Virus record (IMG/VR): IMGVR_UViG_3300049042_000288
Coordinates: 1 to 56,867 of that record
Source: a virus
Lineage: Duplodnaviria; Caudoviricetes
Strand: one strand, 5' to 3'
Length of the DNA stretch: 56,867 bases
Position numbers and translations under genes: made by a program. A model generated the notes under the pieces. The model was not told the origin of the DNA and made no database searches. It worked only from the letters and a program-made list of their open reading frames with translations. Positions 25,350 to 34,840 of this stretch are shown here, piece by piece (the first letter of the stretch is position 1; every line of letters starts with the position of its first letter).

Positions 25350-26080
25350 CGATGCCAGCTTTTTTGTCGAAAGGCACTGTTGGCAATGCTACTTACGACT
25401 CTTGTGCTGGTACGTTCACTGCCGAAACGGTGCTTCCCGGGACAATTGTTTCTGGAGACATAATTGTACTCTTTGTTGGGACTGGCATTTCCTTTGGTGG
25501 TGGTACTATTGACTTCTTCGACAGTATCTCTGGGTATACGCAGGCGGCTACTACCGGGACAGGCAGCGGCGAGGCTGCAGCTTATTACTATAAGGTTGCT
25601 GACGGCACCGAAGACGGCACTGTCGTGACTGTAACTGGCACTTTTAATAATATTCTAATGTCTGGTGTGTTTCAGTCTTATGTTTTCAATAATTCTGGAA
25701 CAGGTGGATATCACAATGTAGGAGGAACAAGCACCGGAACGAGCGCAACGGCAACTTTTTCTAACGTTGTAACGTCGGAAGCGAATGAGCTTGCAGTCGG
25801 TTTGCTTTTTACGAAAGTCGATACAAATCCGGGAAATAATTCGGGGGAGACTGGAGGGGATTGGACCGAAGCTGCGGAAGATGATGGTGGCGGTGCCGGA
25901 ACACTTCAATGTCAGACGGCGCAAATGGCCAGCGCAGGAACCTTATCTGGCGGCAACACTTCAATCACTTCCACGGTTTGGAAGACTTTCTCTTTCGCCT
26001 TGAAAGAGATCGGAGGAGCGACCTTGCCCCCGCGCACACAGAACGTCAAAGTCGCGGTTCATCGCGCAGCAAGCTGGTAA
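25346..26080 (+). CDS. Thr/Gly-rich putative virion surface protein
   Basis: 244 aa; GDIIVLFV and YYKVADGTE; visibly more AT-rich than neighbours. Confidence 0.6.
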   Translation: MTMPAFLSKGTVGNATYDSCAGTFTAETVLPGTIVSGDIIVLFVGTGISFGGGTIDFFDSISGYTQAATTGTGSGEAAAYYYKVADGTEDGTVVTVTGTFNNILMSGVFQSYVFNNSGTGGYHNVGGTSTGTSATATFSNVVTSEANELAVGLLFTKVDTNPGNNSGETGGDWTEAAEDDGGGAGTLQCQTAQMASAGTLSGGNTSITSTVWKTFSFALKEIGGATLPPRTQNVKVAVHRAASW

Positions 26081-26089
26081 GGAAATAAA

Positions 26090-26554
26090 ATGGATCAAGT
26101 ATACAGCGCATACAACCCGACCGCATTCAGTGCGGCGACGGGTGCGAAGACCCTTATCAAGATCATCACGCCGACCAGCTTCAACATCAAGCTGCACGAG
26201 TTTGGTGTGTTCTTCGATGGAGTCACGTCGAGTGCGGTTCCGGCCACGGTCGATCTGTTCATCTCGGATGAAACGACGGCTGGTACGTCTGGCGTCACAG
26301 GAACAATCACTCAGGTGAAGGGCGCAACACTTGCGCACGGCTGTACCATTGGAACGAACTTCACGGCTGAAGGAACGACGTACACGATCCTGCGGTCATT
26401 TTATGTGCCGCAGTTCATGGGCTCGCTGATCATCCAGAACCCGCTTGGTCTCGAAGATCAGACCCCTGCGGGCTTGGCAGACAGTATCGGCATTCGCGTC
26501 AACACGTCGGCAACCGTCAACGTGAAGGGTTACATGAAGTTCTCGCGCGGCTAA
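26090..26554 (+). CDS. Putative structural protein
   Basis: 154 aa, beta-rich, RBS AAGGA. Confidence 0.65.
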   Translation: MDQVYSAYNPTAFSAATGAKTLIKIITPTSFNIKLHEFGVFFDGVTSSAVPATVDLFISDETTAGTSGVTGTITQVKGATLAHGCTIGTNFTAEGTTYTILRSFYVPQFMGSLIIQNPLGLEDQTPAGLADSIGIRVNTSATVNVKGYMKFSRG

Positions 26555-26580
26555 TCGCGCAAGCGCAAGGCGGCTAGGAA

Positions 26581-28236
26581 ATGTCACGTCACGGTCGCCA
26601 GTTCCCGGGCAAGGTAATAATAAGTCAGCGCCAAGTTCTTGGTGCTGGCGTAGCACCTTTCTCCGTATCGCCTCCGATCATCGCCTCGACGACAAGCGTC
26701 TTCACGCCGTCCGTCCAGTTGAGACTTGCTCCTTCGGTCATCGCGACAACGACGAGTCTGTTCACACCGGCAATTAAGCTTAGTGTGTCCACGCCGATCA
26801 TCGCATCGACCACGTCGGTCTTCACTCCTACCGTCGCACGCGATTTCTCTGTCTCGCCTTCACTGATCGCATCGACCACGTCTGTCTTCACTCCGTCCGC
26901 CCTCCTTAGACTATCGCCTTCCCTGATCGCATCGGCCACCGTTGTTTACGGTCCTTCGATCCAGCTTAAGGTGACGATTTCCTCGGTAATTACATCGACA
27001 ACGAGCGTATCGACGCCGACTGCATCTCTTGTCGCAAGCGTCTCGCCGTCAGTCATTGCATCGACCACGAACGTCTTCACGCCAAGTCTGTCGGTACAGC
27101 TTTCGGTCTCGCCTGCGGCAATTGCTTCCGCGACGAGCGTGTTTGCTCCTTCGACACGCCTGTCTCTGTCTCCTTCCGTTATTGCTACGGCGACAAGTGT
27201 CTTCTCGCCTTCGACGCAGCTTCTGCTTTCGCCTTCGATTATTGCATCGACGACGACTGTCTTTACACCAGCAGTGTCCACAGCGGGGTTTGTGAACGTA
27301 TCGCCGTCGATCATCGCATCGACGACTGCGGTCTTTACACCTACTGCCACACGAGCCTTCTCGGTCTCGCCTTCCGTCATCGCGACAACTACTGCAGTCT
27401 ATGCTCCAGCAGAGCAGTTGCAGGTTGGTCCGACGATCATCACATCGACGACTGCGGTCTTTACACCTACCGTCACGCTGTCTCTGAACGTATCGCCTGC
27501 GATCATCGTCAGCACGACGACGCTGTTCACGCCGATTGTGAACGATGGTTCTGTCCCGCCAGTGGTGGAGACGCCAAACCCGTACAACCCGACGGGTGGC
27601 GGCGGATCAAACCGCTTTTACACGGGCAAGTATCGCGGTGAGCTGCGCCAGACCATCCTGAAGGCAGCGCGCCTTCTCAGCGAAGCGCAGTCAGCACGCT
27701 CGAAGAAGCGCAAGGTCAAAAAGGCGGTCGAACAGATCGTTCAGCAGATCGAGAGCTTCGACATCAAGCTCGAAGACCTGCAATACGCTCCAGAGGATGC
27801 GCCTCAGAGCCTGACGCCTCTCATTGAGGCGCAAATCAACCTGATGCAGCTCATGATGGAGATGCGTCAGGCCAAGGAGCTTGGGATTGCCCGGGCCAAT
27901 GAGCTTCAGGCGCTCATGGAGGACTACGAGCGAGAAGCAGAGGCACTCGATCTTTTTGAGGAATATGAAGCAAGGCAGCGCGAGGAAGAAGAGCGTCAGC
28001 GTGTACTGGAATCAAAGAGGCGTCGCGAGGAAGATGAGATCATGACGATCATCCTCGAAATCTCGTCTGCGGACGAGGAGCCTTCGGTCACGTTCCCGCT
28101 GAAGGCGAAGGCCATGAAGAAGTCAGAAAAGGCGACCGAGATAAAGAAGCCCGCCGAAAAGAAAAAGTCATTCCACAAGATCGAATTCACCCGTGACGAA
28201 AACGGGGTCATCAATGGTGTAAAGATAGGTGAATAA
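26581..28236 (+). CDS. Ser/Thr/Pro repeat fibre-like protein with C-terminal helical domain
   Basis: 14 repeats of ~SPSIIASTTSVFTP, then GGGGSNRFYTGKYRGELR and a charged coiled coil. Confidence 0.8.
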   Translation: MSRHGRQFPGKVIISQRQVLGAGVAPFSVSPPIIASTTSVFTPSVQLRLAPSVIATTTSLFTPAIKLSVSTPIIASTTSVFTPTVARDFSVSPSLIASTTSVFTPSALLRLSPSLIASATVVYGPSIQLKVTISSVITSTTSVSTPTASLVASVSPSVIASTTNVFTPSLSVQLSVSPAAIASATSVFAPSTRLSLSPSVIATATSVFSPSTQLLLSPSIIASTTTVFTPAVSTAGFVNVSPSIIASTTAVFTPTATRAFSVSPSVIATTTAVYAPAEQLQVGPTIITSTTAVFTPTVTLSLNVSPAIIVSTTTLFTPIVNDGSVPPVVETPNPYNPTGGGGSNRFYTGKYRGELRQTILKAARLLSEAQSARSKKRKVKKAVEQIVQQIESFDIKLEDLQYAPEDAPQSLTPLIEAQINLMQLMMEMRQAKELGIARANELQALMEDYEREAEALDLFEEYEARQREEEERQRVLESKRRREEDEIMTIILEISSADEEPSVTFPLKAKAMKKSEKATEIKKPAEKKKSFHKIEFTRDENGVINGVKIGE

Positions 28237-28647
28237 ATGAGCTTCGGAAACACAACTGAAAACGACATCGCTTTGTTGCTGTTCAACGCAACGACTCTGA
28301 GTTGGAACGCAAACGGCAACCTGTTTGTCAGCCTTCACACGGCAGATCCGGGTGAAGCAGGCTCACAGACAACAAGCGAATGTGCTTACGGCTCGTATGC
28401 CCGCGTGAGTGTTGTTCGCACCAACGTCGGCTGGACTGTTTCCAACAACACGGCGACGAATGCTGCGCTGATCCAGTTCCCGCAGTGCACTTCAGGTTCC
28501 GAGACTGTCACTCACGTGGCGATTGGAACGGTGACGAGCGGCGCGGGCCAGATCATCTGCAAGGGGGCACTGAGTGCCTCGCTCGCAGTGTCCTCTGGCA
28601 TTCAGCCGCAGTTCTCGGCTGGCGAACTCGACTTCACGCTAGACTAA
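28237..28647 (+). CDS. Small conserved-looking virion structural protein
   Basis: LFVSLHTADPGEAG, YGSYARV, PQFSAGELDFTLD. Confidence 0.7.
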   Translation: MSFGNTTENDIALLLFNATTLSWNANGNLFVSLHTADPGEAGSQTTSECAYGSYARVSVVRTNVGWTVSNNTATNAALIQFPQCTSGSETVTHVAIGTVTSGAGQIICKGALSASLAVSSGIQPQFSAGELDFTLD

Positions 28648-28790
28648 TGACCATCTACTGCTACACCTGTTCAGAGTGCGGGCTCGTCACGCGGGTCGAA
28701 GACAACCATCCTTGGAAGGCTTGCGTCTGTCAGGCTCCTCCAGTTGTCGTGAACGAAGACGAAGAGGCGCAGGGCGATGGGGTTCCGTAA
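28647..28790 (+). CDS. Small Cys-rich (zinc-ribbon-like) protein
   Basis: MTIYCYTCSECG...KACVC; TAATG coupled. Confidence 0.55.
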   Translation: MTIYCYTCSECGLVTRVEDNHPWKACVCQAPPVVVNEDEEAQGDGVP

Positions 28791-29652
28791 CTACGAGAGC
28801 TTCAACGCTTCCTATGACGAAGGCCGGACGCGATTCTTTGGATGGCGCAAGGTCCCGTCGCAGACCACAGGCACTGGCATCTGGTTCGACCTGTCGATGT
28901 CGCCGGGTAATCCGGTGCCGAACTATTACGCTGCCACGCCTCTTCAGTCGAAGCGCATGGCGCAGTCAACTGACGGCGGTATTGCCCACGGTGGAGCGGT
29001 CACGCCGGGGACGAAACACCTGCATAGGCTGACGGCCATATCGACTACAGCTACCGCAGTGCCGCTTCCGATGATGCTCTGCGACTATCTGATGTACTAC
29101 CCGTTCGTGGACATGGCCGACACATCAACGCTCTCGATTGGCGTTATTGACGGGGTCTCACAGACGCTGCCGCGCTACACAACAGGCGCAGGCGTTCAAA
29201 TGATGGCGGTCGAGGTGGCGTCTCAGGTTGGTGGCACGCAGTTCAACGTTACCTATACGAATTCCAATGGTGTTGCTGGGCGCACATCGCAAACCGTGAC
29301 GTGCAATACGCAAACCGTACCGGGAACCATCATAACGACGGGCGGCGGCGCAGCAGCGAACGCTGGGCCATTCATCCCGCTTCAGAGGGACGACAGTGGC
29401 GTGCGGTCGATTGAGGGCGTGACGTTTCTGTCGAATGACGTGGGACTGATCACGCTCGTGCTTGTGAAGCCTCTTGCGAGCCTGAACATCTTCGACATCA
29501 CGGGTCCGGCTGAGAAAGACTTCTTTCACAACACGCAGTCGATGCCAGTCATCGTGGACGACGCCTACTTGAATTTCATCTGCTACCCAAGCGGCACACT
29601 CGCAGCAGCACCCATTCTGGGGACAGCCGAGTTCGTGTTCTCAAGCACATAG
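28777..29652 (+). CDS. Structural protein, paralogue of 29660-30820
   Basis: LPRYTTGAGVQ, TYTNS.G...RT, GPFIPLQ, SMP.I.D.A.L blocks shared with the next gene. Confidence 0.75.
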   Translation: MGFRNYESFNASYDEGRTRFFGWRKVPSQTTGTGIWFDLSMSPGNPVPNYYAATPLQSKRMAQSTDGGIAHGGAVTPGTKHLHRLTAISTTATAVPLPMMLCDYLMYYPFVDMADTSTLSIGVIDGVSQTLPRYTTGAGVQMMAVEVASQVGGTQFNVTYTNSNGVAGRTSQTVTCNTQTVPGTIITTGGGAAANAGPFIPLQRDDSGVRSIEGVTFLSNDVGLITLVLVKPLASLNIFDITGPAEKDFFHNTQSMPVIVDDAYLNFICYPSGTLAAAPILGTAEFVFSST

Positions 29653-29659
29653 GGGCTCC

Positions 29660-30820
29660 ATGGCCGGTTTTACGTCACTCGACAATCTAGTCTCCAACGT
29701 CTCCAACAGCGGCAAGTTCTGGCGCTCTGATTGGAACAAGCTGCACGCGACAGGCGGAGCGGTCGTGGCTGGCACGTGGCAGTGTCTGGCTGGTGGCGCG
29801 GGCAATCCGCCTGCGAACACGGCGCTTGGTTCCGGTGTCACGCTTGTGCAGAAGCCCATGTACGACATCTCCACCACGGGTGGCGGCATCTACCACGGCG
29901 GGAACGTCGGTGCATCGGCGACGGACTACAAAGTCATCCTGAACGCTTCGGCTTTCAGTGCATCAGCAACCACCATGCCGACGATTTTCCAGCTTGTTGA
30001 CCTGCTGGCCTATTCGACACTGACGAACGCGACCATTTCGACCACTGGCGCGAAGACGCTCGTGAACACGGAAGCGGTCACGTTCTCTTCTTCGTCTGGC
30101 CTGTTGATGACGACGGTTGCTGACTACGACAATCTCACGCCGTGCCGCTTCACGACCACTGGCGCGCTGCCGACTGGCTTGGATATCAACACGACCTACT
30201 GGACAATCCGCGTATCTGCCACGACATCGCGCCTCGCCACCTCCCTGACGAACGCAGTCGCCGCAACAGCCATCGCGTTTACAGACGCAGGATCTGGCAC
30301 GAACACATTCACACAGCGCCTTCCGCGATACGGCGACGGTGCTGGCGTTCAGGCGTTGCTCGTGGCATCGACTGCAGGCACAGCGGGAACGGGCACGTTC
30401 CAGTTGACCTACACGAATAGCGCAGGCACGGGTTCACGCACGACACCATCAACACCCGCCCTGCCAACGAATACGGCTGTCGCTCCACTGCTCACGGTCC
30501 CTTACAGCGGAACGGGTTCCGGCAAGTTTGGGCCGTTCTTCCCACTGCAAGGGACTGACGCGGGCATTCAGTCGATCCAGAGCATCACTCTGGGAACTGC
30601 TGGCGTGACCACGGGCGTCTATAACCTCTGCTATGCCAAGCCGCTCTTGACGCTTCCTATGACCACTATCGGCGTGGCTGCGGAGCGCGACCTTGTGAAC
30701 CAATTGCCTTCGATGCCGCGCGTTTATGACGGCGCTTGCCTTGTCTGGCTTTGCTACACGCAGGCAGCCATCCCGAACAACTCGCCGTTCTACGGTCACA
30801 TCGACTTCGGCTGGAGCTAG
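29660..30820 (+). CDS. Structural protein, paralogue of 28777-29652 with an internal insertion
   Basis: LPRYGDGAGVQ, TYTNSAG...RT, GPFFPLQ, SMPRVYDGACL. Confidence 0.75.
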   Translation: MAGFTSLDNLVSNVSNSGKFWRSDWNKLHATGGAVVAGTWQCLAGGAGNPPANTALGSGVTLVQKPMYDISTTGGGIYHGGNVGASATDYKVILNASAFSASATTMPTIFQLVDLLAYSTLTNATISTTGAKTLVNTEAVTFSSSSGLLMTTVADYDNLTPCRFTTTGALPTGLDINTTYWTIRVSATTSRLATSLTNAVAATAIAFTDAGSGTNTFTQRLPRYGDGAGVQALLVASTAGTAGTGTFQLTYTNSAGTGSRTTPSTPALPTNTAVAPLLTVPYSGTGSGKFGPFFPLQGTDAGIQSIQSITLGTAGVTTGVYNLCYAKPLLTLPMTTIGVAAERDLVNQLPSMPRVYDGACLVWLCYTQAAIPNNSPFYGHIDFGWS

Positions 30821-30823
30821 AAT

Positions 30824-31636
30824 GTGGCTCTGCACGGCAACTATACGGTCTTCACGAAGACGCCTTGCCGCCACTTCGGCGGAACAAGCACGGCGCACGC
30901 TTCTGGCGTAGGCTCGGCGCAGGTCACTGTCCCCGCGAACTGGGGTCGCGGCGGTGCTCTGCGAAATTGGGCATTGCCGGAAGGAACAGACGCTCTACAC
31001 TTCCTGTGTATCCCTGAAGGGTACGCGGCTGAGGGTTGGTTGCTTCCGATAACCGCAGGCTCCGTCTCGTCGCACGACCAGATGCTGGCAGCAGCGACCC
31101 TCACGGGCTCAGGCGCTCGCGGTGTGAATGGCTCAACGACGATCTCGGCTTCAGCAACGCTGACTGCAACTGGGAAGACTGTTGTTTCTGGCTCGGCCAC
31201 GATTTCCGCTTCTGGCTCTCTAACGGGCACTGTTCTGGCGGCTCTTCTTGGCTCGGCGACCATATCTGCGTCGGGCTCTTTGTCTGGCACGTCGATTGCG
31301 AAGGGCTTTATGTCCGCCACAATCTCCGCTTCCGCAACGCTGACCGGGACGCGCTACGCAAAGGGCTTCATGTCAGCCGATATTCGCCCGGCTACACAAC
31401 TTGAAGCTGCTGAGTTCTCGGCTTACGTGCTGGACACAGAGAACGTCGAGACAGGCTTGTCTGTCCGCAACACGCTGCGCCTCATGGCAGCAGCAATGGC
31501 GGGCGAGCTGAGTGGAGCGGCTGGTACGACCATCACGATCCGCAACGCCTTTGCAGATGACAAGGATCGCATCGTGGCAACGGTCACCAGCGAGGGCAAT
31601 CGCACCGCGATAACGTATGACCTGACGGACAGCTAG
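30824..31636 (+). CDS. Ser/Thr/Ala repeat fibre-like structural protein
   Basis: Repeated SATISAS(A/G)(T/S)L(T/S)G; C-terminal LRLMAAAMAG...RIVATV..EGNRT. Confidence 0.7.
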   Translation: MALHGNYTVFTKTPCRHFGGTSTAHASGVGSAQVTVPANWGRGGALRNWALPEGTDALHFLCIPEGYAAEGWLLPITAGSVSSHDQMLAAATLTGSGARGVNGSTTISASATLTATGKTVVSGSATISASGSLTGTVLAALLGSATISASGSLSGTSIAKGFMSATISASATLTGTRYAKGFMSADIRPATQLEAAEFSAYVLDTENVETGLSVRNTLRLMAAAMAGELSGAAGTTITIRNAFADDKDRIVATVTSEGNRTAITYDLTDS

Positions 31637-31638
31637 TC

Positions 31639-32355
31639 ATGGCTGGCGATCATTTTCCGAACAAGTACTTCCCAGATCGGTTCTTTCCGGGGACGTACTT
31701 TCAGGGCGGCGAGATCGATCCGAATGCGATGTCCGCGTCGATCACGGCGTCTGCATCGCTCACGGGAACGCTGGAGAACGGCGCGAGCGGAAGCATGTCT
31801 GCGTCGATCACGGCGTCTGCATCGCTCACGGGCTCTCTTACCGAAGCCAGCAACCCGAATGCGATGTCCGCGTCGATCACGGCGTCTGCATCGCTCACGG
31901 GATCGCTCGTCAATGGTGCCGCTGTTGTTCCCGTCCCTCTTCCGACCGGAACGACGGGCGGTGGTGGTTCGAACCTCTTCTACATCGGGAAATATCGCGG
32001 AGAGCTTCGTCGTACGATCAAGCGTGCAATGAGGTCCCTCGACAAGGCGAAGCCGACAAACGGCAAGAAGAAGAAGGTCAAAAGCGTTCGCAGGGCGGTG
32101 AAGACGCTTCTTGAAGTGCCTGATCTTTCGATCATTGAGAGTCGCTCGATTCCGCCAAAATATAAGCAGTTCGAAGAAATCAAGCTGCAGATTTCGTCGG
32201 TCGTCCTGTCCCTGAAAATAAAGGAGAAGCAGGATGAAAGGCGAACAGAAGAACTCAAGGCGCTCCTTGAGCAGTACGAACTCGAAGTGAAGAAGATTGA
32301 ACGCGAAGAGGAGGAACAGGCGCTCATCGTTGTGATGGCACTCTTGGCGGCATAG
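31639..32355 (+). CDS. Repeat protein with C-terminal helical domain related to that of 26581-28236
   Basis: Three MSASITASASLTG copies, then GGGGSNLFYIGKYRGELR and a charged coiled coil. Confidence 0.75.
   Translation: MAGDHFPNKYFPDRFFPGTYFQGGEIDPNAMSASITASASLTGTLENGASGSMSASITASASLTGSLTEASNPNAMSASITASASLTGSLVNGAAVVPVPLPTGTTGGGGSNLFYIGKYRGELRRTIKRAMRSLDKAKPTNGKKKKVKSVRRAVKTLLEVPDLSIIESRSIPPKYKQFEEIKLQISSVVLSLKIKEKQDERRTEELKALLEQYELEVKKIEREEEEQALIVVMALLAA
31726..31906 (+). repeat. Three near-identical intragenic DNA repeats
   Basis: ATGTC(C/T)GCGTCGATCACGGCGTCTGCATCGCTCACGGG three times. Confidence 0.9.
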
Positions 32356-32364
32356 GAGAGGGCA

Positions 32365-32679
32365 ATGGCAAGATCGCGTCACTGTGACGTGTGTAAAGAC
32401 TGGCATGACATGAATGAACCGTGGCCCAGCAAATGCTACGGGCACTTCAAGCGGATCGGGGAAAGCAACCGCAGGTCAGCAAACGTCATGAGTGATATCG
32501 AGCCGTACAAGAATGTGGTCGATGGAAGTGTGATCGGTGGACGGAAGCAACACCGTGATTTTCTCAAGTCGCGAAACCTTGTAGAGGTTGGAAACGAGAA
32601 GATCGAAAAAAGATACGAAGAGCCCGGCGGTCTCAAGCAAGACATCAAGCGGGCGATGCAGGAAACTGGCCTTAACTAG
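32365..32679 (+). CDS. Head-region hypothetical protein
   Basis: CDVC, DIEPYK..VDG..IGGR..HR..LK....EVGNE. Confidence 0.75.
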   Translation: MARSRHCDVCKDWHDMNEPWPSKCYGHFKRIGESNRRSANVMSDIEPYKNVVDGSVIGGRKQHRDFLKSRNLVEVGNEKIEKRYEEPGGLKQDIKRAMQETGLN

Positions 32680-32681
32680 GC

Positions 32682-32706
32682 AGGGAAACGAGTAACCCAA
32701 ACCTCG
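32682..32706 (+). promoter_or_regulatory. 25-nt element, copy 1
   Basis: AGGGAAACGAGTAACCCAAACCTCG, identical to 37393-37417, directly before a GGAG. Confidence 0.75.
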
Positions 32707-32707
32707 G

Positions 32708-33826
32708 ATGGAGACTGACATGAGTGGATCGAGCAGGGCGGCAGCGCCAGTAGTTGAAGATGTGAGTGGAACCGATCTCCCGGATGATCTCTGGGATGAT
32801 TCGATTGACCCCGGCAACAAAACTGATGAATCCCCAGAGCCCGAAGTTGAAGAACAACCGGATGCGCCTGAAGCAGAGGCGGATGCGGAGCAGCCTGATG
32901 CGGAAGCTCCTGAAGAAGAGCAGCCAGAAGACGAACAGTCCGAGACGGAAGAAGATCAATTCCAGCCCATCAACCCGCCGAACACATGGCCGCAGCAGGA
33001 GCAGGCATTTTTCCGCAAGCTTCCAGCGGCGCTTCAGCATGGGTACATGCAGCGCGTTCGTCACCTCGTAACGGACTACACCCGCAAGACGCAGGAGATC
33101 GGACAGGTTCGCCAGCGGTATCAGGGCATCGACCGCGTCATCGGCCAGCGCGAGCGTGGCTGGGCAGTAAACGGCGTCAGCCCTGAGCAGGCGCTGAACC
33201 AGATTTTTGCACTCTCCGACTTTGCTGCTGAGCAGCCGGAAGAGTTCATCAAGTACTTCGCGGAACAGCGGGGCGTCGACCTTCGCACCATTGGCTCTGC
33301 CGGATCACCCGGACAGAACAACCAACTCGGTGAGTATGTGGACCCCGAACTCCTTGCCGTCCGCAAGCAGGTGCAGGAACTGCAGCGCAATCTGCAGCAA
33401 TCCCAGCAGTCTGAAAAAACACGGCAGGAACAGGCGAAGAGGGCTGCTTACGAGCAGAACCTTGCTCGCACAACTGAGATGGTCAACCAGTTTGCATCGC
33501 AAACGGACAAGAACGGTAGGCTGCTTTATCCATTCTTCAACGAGCTTGAAGAAGATATCGCCATCGAGCTTCAGTCCAAGCGGGCAAACACCGTCGCCGA
33601 AGCTTACAACAATGCAGTGTGGGCAAACCCGCAGACGCGATCCAAAATGCTGGCCCGTTCTCGATCACTTGAGAATGCGAAGGCACGAGCGAAAGCAGAA
33701 GCGGCCAAGCGTGCTGCAGCGATGAAGCCGGGTGGTGGTGGTGCAAATGGTGGTCAATCAAAAGCAACCGGAGATATGAGTGTCGGAGATACGCTTCGTG
33801 CGGCTTTCCGGGGCGAACTCTCCTAA
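32708..33826 (+). CDS. Capsid scaffolding protein (start may be ATG 32720)
   Basis: Acidic N-terminus, DYTRKTQE, helical body, AY..AVWANP..R; directly upstream of the major capsid gene. Confidence 0.75.
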   Translation: METDMSGSSRAAAPVVEDVSGTDLPDDLWDDSIDPGNKTDESPEPEVEEQPDAPEAEADAEQPDAEAPEEEQPEDEQSETEEDQFQPINPPNTWPQQEQAFFRKLPAALQHGYMQRVRHLVTDYTRKTQEIGQVRQRYQGIDRVIGQRERGWAVNGVSPEQALNQIFALSDFAAEQPEEFIKYFAEQRGVDLRTIGSAGSPGQNNQLGEYVDPELLAVRKQVQELQRNLQQSQQSEKTRQEQAKRAAYEQNLARTTEMVNQFASQTDKNGRLLYPFFNELEEDIAIELQSKRANTVAEAYNNAVWANPQTRSKMLARSRSLENAKARAKAEAAKRAAAMKPGGGGANGGQSKATGDMSVGDTLRAAFRGELS

Positions 33827-33855
33827 ATCAAATTCAATTGTAAGGAACCAGAGGA

Positions 33856-34827
33856 ATGCCTTCACCAAACAGCAATTTCTCCGAAATGGTGACCACGACT
33901 CTTCGACATCGCTCGAAGAAGCTCAAGGACAACATGTCGAAGAACATTGCCTTGCTCATGCGCTTGCGTGAGAAGGACAATTCCCGCGAAGTCGCGGGCG
34001 GTCGCCAGATTATCGAGGAGCTTGAATACGCTGAAAACAGCACGTTCATGTACTACGATGGGGATGAGGTCCTCAACGTCGGTACGTCGGACGTGTTCAC
34101 GGCTGCGGAGTTCGATTGGAAGCAGGCGGCTGTTGCCGTCCGCATCAACGGCAAGGAAATGGCAATGAACTCCGGTTCAGACGCCGTCCTTGACTTGCTC
34201 GAAAGCCGCATCAAGAACGCCGAGAAAACCATGCTGAACAATCTCAGCACGGGTGTTTACTCGGACGGCACCGGAACGGGCGGTAAGCAGATCGGTGGTC
34301 TGCAGCTTCTCGTCTCTGACGCTGGTACGGGCACGGTTGGCAACATCAACTCGTCCACGTATTCGTTCTGGCAGAACGCGATCTACGATTTTTCAACGAA
34401 CTCGTCGACTGCGTCGGCTTCGACCATTCAGGATGCGATGAACTCGCTCTACCTGAACCTCTGCCGAAACCGTGATCGTCCCGACCTCATCGTCGCCGAC
34501 AACACGTATTTCTCGTACTACTGGAAGTCATTGCAGGCCATCCAGCGCATCTCCGATGACAAGGTGGCCAGCGCAGGCTTCCGCTCTCTGAAGTTCATGG
34601 ACAGCGATGTCGTCTTCGACGGCGGCTTCTCTGGCACGGCTCCGTCCGCGCACATGTACTTCCTCAACACGGACTACATCAAGTTCGTGAGCCATAAATC
34701 GCGTAATATGGTTCCCCTCAACCCGGATCGGTTCGCCACCAATCAGGATGCTCTCGTGAAGCTCATTGGATGGATGGGGAACATGACAATCTCCAACCGT
34801 TCGCTTCAGGGCGTCATCGTCGCTTAA
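33856..34827 (+). CDS. Major capsid protein
   Basis: 323 aa after the scaffold; GGRQIIEELEYAEN, AEFDWKQAAV, YSDGTG.GGKQI.GL, MYFLNT. Confidence 0.85.
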   Translation: MPSPNSNFSEMVTTTLRHRSKKLKDNMSKNIALLMRLREKDNSREVAGGRQIIEELEYAENSTFMYYDGDEVLNVGTSDVFTAAEFDWKQAAVAVRINGKEMAMNSGSDAVLDLLESRIKNAEKTMLNNLSTGVYSDGTGTGGKQIGGLQLLVSDAGTGTVGNINSSTYSFWQNAIYDFSTNSSTASASTIQDAMNSLYLNLCRNRDRPDLIVADNTYFSYYWKSLQAIQRISDDKVASAGFRSLKFMDSDVVFDGGFSGTAPSAHMYFLNTDYIKFVSHKSRNMVPLNPDRFATNQDALVKLIGWMGNMTISNRSLQGVIVA

Positions 34828-34840
34828 TTAGGAGGGCCAC

